Virus record (IMG/VR): IMGVR_UViG_3300020172_002942
Span: 1-61,944 of that record
Reading direction: 5' to 3' (one strand)
DNA length: 61,944 nt
DNA from: a virus
Lineage: Duplodnaviria > Caudoviricetes
The notes under the pieces: model-generated
Seen by the model: only the letters and a program-made list of their open reading frames with translations
The model's database searches: none
What the model was told of the DNA's origin: nothing
Program-made: the position numbers and the translations under genes
In this document: positions 8,092 to 16,396 of the stretch, one piece after another
How the letters are laid out: every line of letters begins with the position of its first letter
Position numbering within the stretch: position 1 is the stretch's first letter

Positions 8092-8296
8092 TTTTTAACT
8101 TAATTTTTTTTAAATAAAATAATATGTTTTCATAATATTTCTTCTCAACATCATTTTTACTTTCTTCTTCCAATTTATGTAAATGTTCTAACGATCTTCT
8201 TTTTGCAATTTTAAATCTTTCTTCATATGGCACTTTTGTATAAGCCATATAAAACTTAGTTAGTACTCCAACAGCTTTGTCTTTATAACACTCCAT
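8084..8296 (-). CDS. Hypothetical protein
   Basis: ORF in the leftward operon. Confidence 0.55.
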   Translation of the reverse strand: MECYKDKAVGVLTKFYMAYTKVPYEERFKIAKRRSLEHLHKLEEESKNDVEKKYYENILFYLKKIKLKNA

Positions 8297-8297
8297 T

Positions 8298-8429
8298 TTA
8301 TTCTTCTTTTAGTTTATGTAATTTCCCATTTATAAATCTAAATCTACCAACATACTTACCTTCTTTCCATACTTCAATAACTAAATCTAATCTTTTAGCC
8401 ATATCGTATATTAATTCTCTATTTTCCAT
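8298..8429 (-). CDS. 43-aa hypothetical protein (MENRELIYDMAKRLDLVIEVWKEG...), not in the ORF track
   Basis: Fills the gap between ORFs 8084 and 8429 with coupled start and stop. Confidence 0.6.
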   Translation of the reverse strand: MENRELIYDMAKRLDLVIEVWKEGKYVGRFRFINGKLHKLKEE

Positions 8430-8611
8430 TAATACCATTCTAATTTTTCAGGTGATAGTTTTTCTTTTAATAATTCATTTAATGTTAATTTATCAATATA
8501 AGCTACTTTATTATTTTTTTTAGACTCTATTAAATATTTGTCTTTTGAAACTTTTTCAATTTTATAATAAACAAAATTTATATTTACTGTCTTTGTTTGT
8601 CCTGTTTCCAT
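8429..8611 (-). CDS. Hypothetical protein
   Basis: ORF in the leftward operon. Confidence 0.55.
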   Translation of the reverse strand: METGQTKTVNINFVYYKIEKVSKDKYLIESKKNNKVAYIDKLTLNELLKEKLSPEKLEWY

Positions 8612-8627
8612 AGTTTATTTGTTTTGG

Positions 8628-9044
8628 TTATAAGTTTTCTATTTGTTTATAAATTTTACGTAATGGTTCTTTCCATTTAATATCAATAATCAAGCCTAAT
8701 TCTTTTACTAGATTAAGTATATTTTTCTTTTTTTCATTCTTAGTTAATTCTTTAGTTAACTTAGTTGGCATGTTATTATTCACGTCCCAAATTAAAGCAT
8801 TAAATCCACTGGTTTTACAAACTCTTTTACCAACAGTATTTACAACACCCATTCTTTCTAATTCACTTAACCTTGTTGAAAAAACTCCAGAGTTAACATC
8901 TTTAGAAGCATACATTCTCATTTCATTTGCAGTTAATGGGCCATACTTGCAAAGTATCTCATAAACAATAAACCTAGTATTGCTTAATAAACCATTTTCT
9001 TTTATGGCTTCGTATGCTTCTTTTGTTGTAGGTCTAATATCCAT
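8628..9044 (-). CDS. Winged-helix DNA-binding protein
   Basis: T..AY..I...GPLTANE...STRLSELERMG.V...GKR.C..SG....W pattern. Confidence 0.7.
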   Translation of the reverse strand: MDIRPTTKEAYEAIKENGLLSNTRFIVYEILCKYGPLTANEMRMYASKDVNSGVFSTRLSELERMGVVNTVGKRVCKTSGFNALIWDVNNNMPTKLTKELTKNEKKKNILNLVKELGLIIDIKWKEPLRKIYKQIENL

Positions 9045-9060
9045 TTTGTAATTATTTCCA

Positions 9061-9147
9061 CAAAATTAATTAAATTAATTAAATTACAAAATTATTTTAA
9101 AAAAAAGTTAAAAAAATTTGGGAATATGAAATTTAACACTATTTTTG
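9061..9147. promoter_or_regulatory. Divergent promoters: leftward TAATTTTG (9061-9068) and rightward TATTTTTG (9140-9147)
   Basis: TAnnTTTG matches plus TTAATTAAATTAA at 9066-9078. Confidence 0.65.
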
Positions 9148-9172
9148 CCTTTCACTAATCACAAAAAAATAT

Positions 9173-9370
9173 ATGGAAATCAAAACAGAATTAAAGCTTC
9201 ACGAAAGAATTAAAGAAGCTTTAGATGGCCGTACACAAAGGTGGCTATCACTAAACGCAAAGATACCAGAATCGGAATTATCACGAAAGATGCAGGGTAA
9301 ATTATTATTTACCGATGCAGAAGTTGCTCGCATAAGCGAAGCGTTGAAAACCGATTTTATTAACGATTAA
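9173..9370 (+). CDS. XRE/Cro-like HTH regulator
   Basis: RTQRWLS....I.ESELSRKMQG...FT..E...I..AL. Confidence 0.8.
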   Translation: MEIKTELKLHERIKEALDGRTQRWLSLNAKIPESELSRKMQGKLLFTDAEVARISEALKTDFIND

Positions 9371-9379
9371 GATAATCAA

Positions 9380-10075
9380 ATGCCAAAAGATACATTCTAC
9401 TTCTCACACGACTATAATGCTCGTAATGATGAGAAGATAAAAAGGCTAATAAGAAAACATGGCATGATAGGCTATGGTATATTTTGGTCTATAGTTGAAG
9501 ACTTATACAATAATGCGAACGCATTGCGAACGGATTACGATGGCATTGCGTATGACTTGAGGTCGGATAGCGAAATTGTTGCGTCCGTAGTAAACGAATT
9601 TGATTTGTTCATTTTTAATGGTGATTTTTTTGGTAGTAATTCTGTTCAAGAAAGATTAGATCAAAGAAATAACAAAAGTGAAAGTGCAAGAAAATCAGCT
9701 AGTTATAGATGGGAAAATGCGAACGCATTGCAAACGCAATCCGAAGGCAATGCTAAAAAGGAAAGGAAAGGAAAGGAAATAAAAGGAAAGGAAATAAAAA
9801 TAAAATACAGGGATAACATTTCTTTGACAGAAAAAGAAAATGAAAAACTTGTTTTAGAATTCGGGGAAGGTGTAGTAAAAAGGTGTTATGATTTTTTAGC
9901 TTCTTACAAGGTGGAAAAGTCATATTCTACAAAATCTGATTACCTAACTATCCGTAGATGGGTGCTAGATGCCGTAAATAAGCCAAATAAGACACTTTCT
10001 CCTCAAAATAGTACTAACCCTTACCAACAACAATTAGAGGCCGCTAGAACGGCTTATAAAACAATTTCTGAATAA
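9380..10075 (+). CDS. Replication initiator with DUF4373 (Lin1244/Lin1753-like) N-terminus
   Basis: YFSHD.NARND.KI..L...HG..GYG.FW..VE.L; carries internal iterons. Confidence 0.8.
   Translation: MPKDTFYFSHDYNARNDEKIKRLIRKHGMIGYGIFWSIVEDLYNNANALRTDYDGIAYDLRSDSEIVASVVNEFDLFIFNGDFFGSNSVQERLDQRNNKSESARKSASYRWENANALQTQSEGNAKKERKGKEIKGKEIKIKYRDNISLTEKENEKLVLEFGEGVVKRCYDFLASYKVEKSYSTKSDYLTIRRWVLDAVNKPNKTLSPQNSTNPYQQQLEAARTAYKTISE
9512..9806. other. Probable replication origin inside the initiator gene
   Basis: AATGCGAACGCATTGC at 9512 and 9716, further degenerate copies to 9753, then a purine-rich (AAAGG)n tract; lambda-O-like layout. Confidence 0.65.
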
Positions 10076-11937
10076 TGATAACAATTTTTAAAAATATATT
10101 TAGCAAAGAACCACATTTCATAACCGTAGAAAAGGCTCTTGAAAGGATTAAAATAGGGGCTAGTAAACAGTTGGTAATGGAAATTAGATTGGCCCTAGAC
10201 AAGGAAAAAGCTAATAAATTGAAATTAAATCTACCGTCTATTTGTTTCAGTGGAAAATTTGGATTAGATAGAAAGGATGAACAACTTTTAGTGCATAGTG
10301 GTTTTGTAGTACTTGATTTTGATGATATTTCTGAATTGAGAGATAAGCAAACCGAAATAATATCAAATAAGTTCATTTATGCTTGTTGGGTAAGTCCATC
10401 AGGAAATGGATTAAAAGCTTTGGTTAAAATAGCTGATGGCAAAAAACATAGGGAACATTTTCAATCACTTCAGGACATTTTTCCTGAAATTGACCGAAGT
10501 GGAATTAATGTAAGTAGGGTTTGCTATGAGAGTTTTGATCCTGATATTTACATAAACGAAAATGCTGATGTTTTTACAAAAGCAAAGAAAATTGAAAAGG
10601 TTGTAGTTTCTGAAAATGAGAATTTAGATGATTCAGAAAACTTTCGTAGAATTTTAAAATGGTTGACAAACAAAAATGATGCATTTGTTACAGGTGAAAG
10701 AAATACTTATATTTTCAAGTTAGCTTCTGCATGTTGTAGATTTGGTATTGGTGAAGATTCTGCATTGGGATTAATTTCTACAGAATATACAGTTAGCAAT
10801 GATTTCACAATGTCTGAAATGAAAAGTGCTGTTAAGAGTGGATATAGAGCAAATAAGAACAATTTTGGTACAGCTTCAATTCAAAAAGAGAAACTTGTAA
10901 GCAAAACTACTAATTACGAAATTGATGTTAAAAAAGAGTTTACTGAAGAGGTTGGGGAGAGTTATAGGGTTGAAGATGTTGTATATGGAATTGATGTAAA
11001 AGATAGAGCATTATATATCAATCAGAATGGTTTTGATAAAGTTTTAGGCATTGGAATACCACAAATAGATTATCTTTTTAAACCAAAAAGAGGAGAAATT
11101 TCATTACTTACTGGTATAGGAAACTATGGTAAAACAGCTTGGCAAAAAGCTCAACTACTTATGAGAATGGTTATGTTTGGTGAAAAAGTTGCAACATTTT
11201 CGCCAGAGGATGTACCAGCAGAAGAATATTTCCACGATTATGTTGAAATGCTTTTGGGATGTGAATGTACTCCTTATAACCCAAATAGACCTTCCGATGA
11301 TATTTATGAAGCAGCATATGATTTTGTATCTAAACATATTTTTTATATAAGTGCTGAAATGTTATCGCCAACTCCACAATATATTAAAGAAAAGTTTTTA
11401 GAACTTATTGTTCAAGAAAAAGTAGATTTTTGTTGTATAGATCCTTTTAACCAAATGACAAATGATTATAAGGGGTATGGAGGGAGAACAGATAAATATC
11501 TTGAAACTTTATTAGCTGATTTCTCTAGATTTGCAAGAAAGAATGATGTGTATTTTTGGATTATTGCTCACCCTAAATTAATGGAAAGAGATAGAACAGG
11601 GAACTATAAATGTCCAGATGTATTTGATGTTAATGATGGTGCAATGTGGTCAAACAAAATGGATAATATTTTAGTCTATCATAGACCATTTGCACAAACC
11701 GATCCAAATAATCCATTAGCTGAATTTCATTCTAAAAAAATTAAGAAGAAAAGCGTTGGTAGAAAAGGATTTATGATGCTTGATTATGTTTGGGAAAGAA
11801 GAAGATTTTTTATTGAAGGTAAAGATATTTTACAAGAAATGTTGAATAACAAAAAAATGGATTTTTGGAAGAGAAAAGAAGCTAATCAATCATGGCTTCC
11901 ATACAAAGATGAAAACGGAGAAGAAGTAATATTTTAA
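10075..11937 (+). CDS. Primase-helicase: BT4734/VirE-N primase, PriCT and SF4 (DnaB/Twinkle-like) helicase
   Basis: K..LPSICFSG, LDFDD, SPSGNGLK, GERN..F; Walker A TGIGNYGKT; IDPFN; AHP. Confidence 0.85.
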   Translation: MITIFKNIFSKEPHFITVEKALERIKIGASKQLVMEIRLALDKEKANKLKLNLPSICFSGKFGLDRKDEQLLVHSGFVVLDFDDISELRDKQTEIISNKFIYACWVSPSGNGLKALVKIADGKKHREHFQSLQDIFPEIDRSGINVSRVCYESFDPDIYINENADVFTKAKKIEKVVVSENENLDDSENFRRILKWLTNKNDAFVTGERNTYIFKLASACCRFGIGEDSALGLISTEYTVSNDFTMSEMKSAVKSGYRANKNNFGTASIQKEKLVSKTTNYEIDVKKEFTEEVGESYRVEDVVYGIDVKDRALYINQNGFDKVLGIGIPQIDYLFKPKRGEISLLTGIGNYGKTAWQKAQLLMRMVMFGEKVATFSPEDVPAEEYFHDYVEMLLGCECTPYNPNRPSDDIYEAAYDFVSKHIFYISAEMLSPTPQYIKEKFLELIVQEKVDFCCIDPFNQMTNDYKGYGGRTDKYLETLLADFSRFARKNDVYFWIIAHPKLMERDRTGNYKCPDVFDVNDGAMWSNKMDNILVYHRPFAQTDPNNPLAEFHSKKIKKKSVGRKGFMMLDYVWERRRFFIEGKDILQEMLNNKKMDFWKRKEANQSWLPYKDENGEEVIF

Positions 11938-11955
11938 TAATTAAAAAACAAAACA

Positions 11956-12324
11956 ATGATTAAATTACAAGTAATCGGTCATTTAGGCCAGGATGCTACA
12001 GTAAACAATGTAAACGGTAAAACAGTAATTAATTTTTCTGTTGCACATTCTGAAAAATTTAAAAACAAAGAGGGAGCAGAAGTGAACAAATCGGTATGGG
12101 TAAGCTGTGCTTATTGGACTGATAAAACTAATGTGTCTTTGTATTTAAAAAAAGGAACTCAAATTTACGCAGAAGGTGTTCCAGAAGCAAAAACTTATAG
12201 AAATCAAACGACAAATGAAATTGTTCCTCAATTATCTTTGCGTGTAACTAATATTCAGTTACTTTCGAATAAGTCAAGTCAACAAGAAAATAATGATTTT
12301 GAACCAATAGAAAATTCATTTTAA
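11956..12324 (+). CDS. ssb: Single-stranded DNA-binding protein
   Basis: IGHLGQDA...NFSVA...YLKKG..IY.EG; acidic C-terminus ending in F. Confidence 0.92.
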   Translation: MIKLQVIGHLGQDATVNNVNGKTVINFSVAHSEKFKNKEGAEVNKSVWVSCAYWTDKTNVSLYLKKGTQIYAEGVPEAKTYRNQTTNEIVPQLSLRVTNIQLLSNKSSQQENNDFEPIENSF

Positions 12325-12551
12325 TGTATATTCACGAATTAACAAATATTATTGATGTAGAAACACCTTTAGGTTATGGAAAAGCAATCGCATGGATTGA
12401 TTACGGAAGCCAAACCAACACCGTTTGGAAAGTCATATTATACGACAGTGGCATGGTCAGGAATTTTTACGATGATGACATACTTGTACACCCCAATTAC
12501 ATGGACGGTGGACAATTAGACAAAACTTATTTCACAAATAAAATAAAATAA
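12324..12551 (+). CDS. Conserved hypothetical phage protein
   Basis: V.TPLG.G.A...IDYG...N..W pattern. Confidence 0.7.
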   Translation: MYIHELTNIIDVETPLGYGKAIAWIDYGSQTNTVWKVILYDSGMVRNFYDDDILVHPNYMDGGQLDKTYFTNKIK

Positions 12552-12552
12552 T

Positions 12553-12675
12553 ATGGCTAAAGTTAAATCTGATTCTAGAAAAATTACATTTGGTAAAAGA
12601 AAAACGGGTAATGCAAAAAAAACTTATAATAAACATTCGCCTAAACCTAAACAATATAGAGGTCAAGGACGATAA
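12553..12675 (+). CDS. 40-aa basic protein ending in YRGQGR, not in the ORF track
   Basis: The YRGQG(R/K) C-terminus marks a widespread small phage protein family. Confidence 0.8.
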   Translation: MAKVKSDSRKITFGKRKTGNAKKTYNKHSPKPKQYRGQGR

Positions 12676-12686
12676 AATTAATTAAT

Positions 12687-12827
12687 ATGAATAATAAAGC
12701 TGCAAAAAAATTAAGAAGATTATCAGTTATAATGGCTGCTAGTGCGGGTAAAACAATTGATGATGCTGAAAGAATTTATAAAAACCTTAAAACGGTTTAT
12801 AAAGAAAATAAAAAAGCCCCTAAATAA
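12687..12827 (+). CDS. 46-aa basic protein (MNNKAAKKLRR...), not in the ORF track
   Basis: MN.K.AK.LR N-terminus common in phages; open frame up to the terminator. Confidence 0.65.
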   Translation: MNNKAAKKLRRLSVIMAASAGKTIDDAERIYKNLKTVYKENKKAPK

Positions 12828-12838
12828 GGGGCTAATTT
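12810..12838. terminator. Hairpin AGCCCCT-AAATA-AGGGGCT between convergent genes
   Basis: Perfect stem; the A-tract on the left gives a U-tail on the minus strand. Confidence 0.8.
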
Positions 12839-12839
12839 A

Positions 12840-13085
12840 CTAAGCTAGTGCAGCATTTGCTGCAGTAATAACTTGTGCAACCGTTGAAGTAACAATTAAT
12901 TGTGTACTTCTTTGGTTTAATCCTGTTGGAGGAACTGTAATTAAAGAGTTAGCTGTAACTCCGTTTACTGTACCTGTGTAAGGAACAACCACAAGGCCTG
13001 CTGATGGGATAGCCCATACAACTCCGCCTGTTGCTAATGAGTATTGATTCTTTTGAAGAACCGTAACTGCGATTAAATTTGCCAT
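12840..13085 (-). CDS. Small hypothetical protein with no acidic residues, probably virion-associated; stand-alone transcription unit
   Basis: Own promoter (TATATTTG, 13129-13136, minus strand) and terminator; Ala/Val/Thr-rich. Confidence 0.65.
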   Translation of the reverse strand: MANLIAVTVLQKNQYSLATGGVVWAIPSAGLVVVPYTGTVNGVTANSLITVPPTGLNQRSTQLIVTSTVAQVITAANAALA

Positions 13086-13193
13086 TCTTTTTTGATTTTA
13101 ATTGTTATATAATAGTTGTTTGGCTTAACAAATATAAAAATAAAAAAGCAAAATTGAGTTATAATAATTTTGTTAATTTAATTAAATTAAATT

Positions 13194-13201
13194 TATCTTT
13201 G
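13194..13201 (+). promoter_or_regulatory. Bacteroidota -7 promoter TATCTTTG for the packaging operon
   Basis: Consensus match; TTAATTAAATTAA at 13178-13190. Confidence 0.7.
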
Positions 13202-13215
13202 AAAAAAAATAGTAA

Positions 13216-13881
13216 ATGAAATTAATAGCACCATCTAACAGAGTAATAATTAAAGTTGATTTAGAAAGTAAGAATAGTCACAAATTTGCTGATGGAACAA
13301 CAATAAAACTAGCAAGAGGGTACGATAATTTTAATATGAGGCAAGTAAAGCCTGTAAATGCTATAGTTGTAAATGCTAAAAACATTCCAGAAGATAGTGA
13401 AGTACTTATACATCATAATGCTACTCATGATACTTATAGGCTTTTTAATTATTTGCCACCAACTACAGATGCCTCATCTGATGTAAAATATTATTCTGTT
13501 CCTGAAGGAGATTGTTATTTATGGAGAAAAGACCAACAGGATGAATGGAAAACTTTGCCTAACTTTATAACAGCTTTAAGATTATTTAAGCCTTACCTTG
13601 GAACATTTGAAGGCATAGCACCCCAAAAAATAGCTGATAGGTTATATGTTACAAGTGGTGATTTAAAAGGGAACGTTGTAATTACTTTAAAAGCTTGTGA
13701 TTATGAAATCATTTATCAAAATGAAAATGGCACAGAAGATAAAGTAATTAGATTGAGATATTATCCTGAATGGCATGAAAGAAATGAAGTTATAGGTATA
13801 GATGCCGAACTTACAGAAAAAGTTAAAAAAGGAGAAATATTGGTTGGATTTTCGGATTTAGATGCAAAAAAAATAAATTAA
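13216..13881 (+). CDS. GroES-like-domain protein
   Basis: MKLIAPSNRVIIK...G..I...A.VV...V.IHHN resembles the extended GroES-like proteins found upstream of terminase in crAss-like phages. Confidence 0.5.
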   Translation: MKLIAPSNRVIIKVDLESKNSHKFADGTTIKLARGYDNFNMRQVKPVNAIVVNAKNIPEDSEVLIHHNATHDTYRLFNYLPPTTDASSDVKYYSVPEGDCYLWRKDQQDEWKTLPNFITALRLFKPYLGTFEGIAPQKIADRLYVTSGDLKGNVVITLKACDYEIIYQNENGTEDKVIRLRYYPEWHERNEVIGIDAELTEKVKKGEILVGFSDLDAKKIN

Positions 13882-13882
13882 T

Positions 13883-14284
13883 ATGTCATTAGAACTAGAG
13901 CAAAGAATAACTTTTTTGGAAAACAAAGAAGCTCAATTAAGAGCACAATTAGCTTATTATGAACAAGATGGAGTTGGTAAACTATATCATTCTCTTAATA
14001 GGAAAGCTAATGAAATGGCAGAGTTATTGAATAGAACTAGTTTATTGGTTATTGATATTGATGATCCTAAAGTGAAAACTTTTGACAGACTTCAAAAAAT
14101 TTGGTCTGATGCAGAAAGTATTTCAACTGCAATTAAGGCCCTTGGAGTTCTTTCTGGTGTTAATAATTTAGAAGCTCAAGCTAGGGAAGAAAAAGACAAA
14201 AAAGAACCAACTGTACAAAACAAACCATTTACACCCGAAAGTGTAGCAGATGCGGTTGGTGAGATTGCTGGAAGTAAAAAATAA
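13883..14284 (+). CDS. Putative terminase small subunit
   Basis: Helical 133-aa ORF immediately upstream of TerL; positional inference. Confidence 0.45.
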   Translation: MSLELEQRITFLENKEAQLRAQLAYYEQDGVGKLYHSLNRKANEMAELLNRTSLLVIDIDDPKVKTFDRLQKIWSDAESISTAIKALGVLSGVNNLEAQAREEKDKKEPTVQNKPFTPESVADAVGEIAGSKK

Positions 14285-14286
14285 AT

Positions 14287-16335
14287 ATGTACGAAAAAAT
14301 AGAAGGCGGTAAAAGTATTGATATTCAAGGGCTTATTTGCAATTTGCCTCCTGAAGGATATGTATATAATATTCTAACAAAAAAATTAGAACATCGTGGT
14401 ATATATCAAAGGTCTAAAAAAGAAGAAGAGCAATATTGGAAAAGAATAATGTTACCAGATTGGTACCAAGATACAATGAAAAAATGGGATGAATTTGACA
14501 AGAAAAAAAAGGATGATGAAGCTGAATTTTATGATGAAAAATTAGAAGAATATAAAAAACAAGAATGGGATAGAAGATTAAATGGATTTTGGTACATGAA
14601 CAATGGCAAACCAACCTACTTAACAGGTTTGCATTATTTATATTTACAATGGTGGTCAATAGATATTGGTTATCCTAAGTTTAGGATTCCAGATTTAGAA
14701 AAGTTTTATTTTATGCAGTATTGCATAGAAGATCCATTTTGTATGGGTATGCTTGAGGTAACAAAAAGACGTTTTGGTAAATCTTTTGTGGCGGGATTAT
14801 TTGTTACAGAATATACTACTCGTACAAAAATGACCAATGGTGGTATTCAATCAAAGACTGGTTCTGATGCTAAAAAGTTCTTTGCTAAAACTGTTGTAAA
14901 TCCGTTTAGAAGGCTTCCTAAGTTCTTTAGACCTGAATATGACATGTCTTTGGGTGTTAATCCAAAATCAGAAATGAGATTCCAAAAGACCAACGTAAGG
15001 GGTAAAAAGGCTGAAGAAAATATTGATAAAGATGAATTGGGTTCGGTAATTGACTTTCAATCTGCTGAAACGGTAGCTTATGACGGTCAAAAATTACATA
15101 GATATGTAGCTGATGAGTGTGGTAAAACTACAGAAGTAAATGTTTATGATAGACATGAGGTTGTTCGTTATTGTATGTTAGATGATGAAGGAAAGATTAT
15201 TGGAAAGGCTCTTTATACTACTACTGTAGAGAAATTAGGCACTGAAAAAGATGGTATTCAAGAAGCCTTTAAATTACTTTGGGATGAGTCAGACCAGGGA
15301 AAAAGACAAGAAAATGGGACTACTTCTAGTGGATTATATAGATTTTTCATGTCTGCTAAACGTACAAGAAATTTTGATGATTTCGGATTCCCTGATGAAA
15401 ATTTAACTGAAGCACAGATACAAGCCGATAGGGAAACAGTTAAAAACAATTCTAGAGCATTATCTGCCCGTATTAGAAAGGAGCCATTGACAATTGATGA
15501 GGCATTTAGTACAGATTCTGATAAATGTATATTTAACGTATTGAATATAGCTTCTAGAGAAGCATATTTAAAAGAAAATCCTGTCTTGAAAAGATGCGTA
15601 TGGTTCTACAGAGATATAGATCAAAAGGTAAAGTGGAGAGAAATTACAGATAAAGAGCAGGATTTTCATTGGAAAATTACACAATTTCCTCCACCTGGAG
15701 AAGAAAATAAACATGTAATTGACATTAAACATAGAATTCCTAAAAGAATAAATGACGGTGCAATAGCAATTGACGGATATAGTAATAGCCAAGGCGGTAA
15801 ATATGGTTCAAAAGCATCAGCATGGATTGGAAGAAGATATAATATGTTAGACCCAACAAAGACGGGGAAGGCTATTGGACATCTTTATGGAAGACCACAA
15901 ATTAAAGAAACATTGCATGAACAAGTGCTTTTAGCTGCCGAATATTATGGTTATAAGGTTTGGTATGAGCATAACTCCGATGATTATTTGTCTTATTTTA
16001 GAGATAGGGGTCGTGTTGGTTATTTAGGAAGTTATCCACTTACCTCTATTGACCCATCAAAAAGAGATACTCAAGAAAGATATAAAGGGTTCCCAACTAC
16101 TCCATTTAGCTTAACAAAACAGGCTGATACAGGCATTATGTATTTTGAAAATCATATAGATGCTATAGATTATGAAAATTTACTAGAAGATGCTAAAAAG
16201 TTTGATCCAAACAATAGAACTGATTTTGACCAAACTGTATCTTTTTTGATGCTTTTGGTGTGTTTAATGGAGCCTGTTCCTATGCAAGTTAAGAAAGAGC
16301 CATTGGTGAAAAGCTACCCAATATCTATACAATAA
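14287..16335 (+). CDS. terL: Terminase large subunit (crAss-like type)
   Basis: YLTG.HY.YLQW, Walker A KRRFGKS, Walker B DECGK, nuclease IDGY...E.N...D. Confidence 0.92.
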   Translation: MYEKIEGGKSIDIQGLICNLPPEGYVYNILTKKLEHRGIYQRSKKEEEQYWKRIMLPDWYQDTMKKWDEFDKKKKDDEAEFYDEKLEEYKKQEWDRRLNGFWYMNNGKPTYLTGLHYLYLQWWSIDIGYPKFRIPDLEKFYFMQYCIEDPFCMGMLEVTKRRFGKSFVAGLFVTEYTTRTKMTNGGIQSKTGSDAKKFFAKTVVNPFRRLPKFFRPEYDMSLGVNPKSEMRFQKTNVRGKKAEENIDKDELGSVIDFQSAETVAYDGQKLHRYVADECGKTTEVNVYDRHEVVRYCMLDDEGKIIGKALYTTTVEKLGTEKDGIQEAFKLLWDESDQGKRQENGTTSSGLYRFFMSAKRTRNFDDFGFPDENLTEAQIQADRETVKNNSRALSARIRKEPLTIDEAFSTDSDKCIFNVLNIASREAYLKENPVLKRCVWFYRDIDQKVKWREITDKEQDFHWKITQFPPPGEENKHVIDIKHRIPKRINDGAIAIDGYSNSQGGKYGSKASAWIGRRYNMLDPTKTGKAIGHLYGRPQIKETLHEQVLLAAEYYGYKVWYEHNSDDYLSYFRDRGRVGYLGSYPLTSIDPSKRDTQERYKGFPTTPFSLTKQADTGIMYFENHIDAIDYENLLEDAKKFDPNNRTDFDQTVSFLMLLVCLMEPVPMQVKKEPLVKSYPISIQ

Positions 16336-16367
16336 TTATTTTTTTTAAATAATTTCTAGATATTTGT

Positions 16368-16375
16368 TATATTTG
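16368..16375 (+). promoter_or_regulatory. -7 promoter TATATTTG upstream of the portal gene
   Basis: Consensus match in the intergenic region. Confidence 0.65.
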
Positions 16376-16396
16376 ACATTATAAAATCAACCCAAG

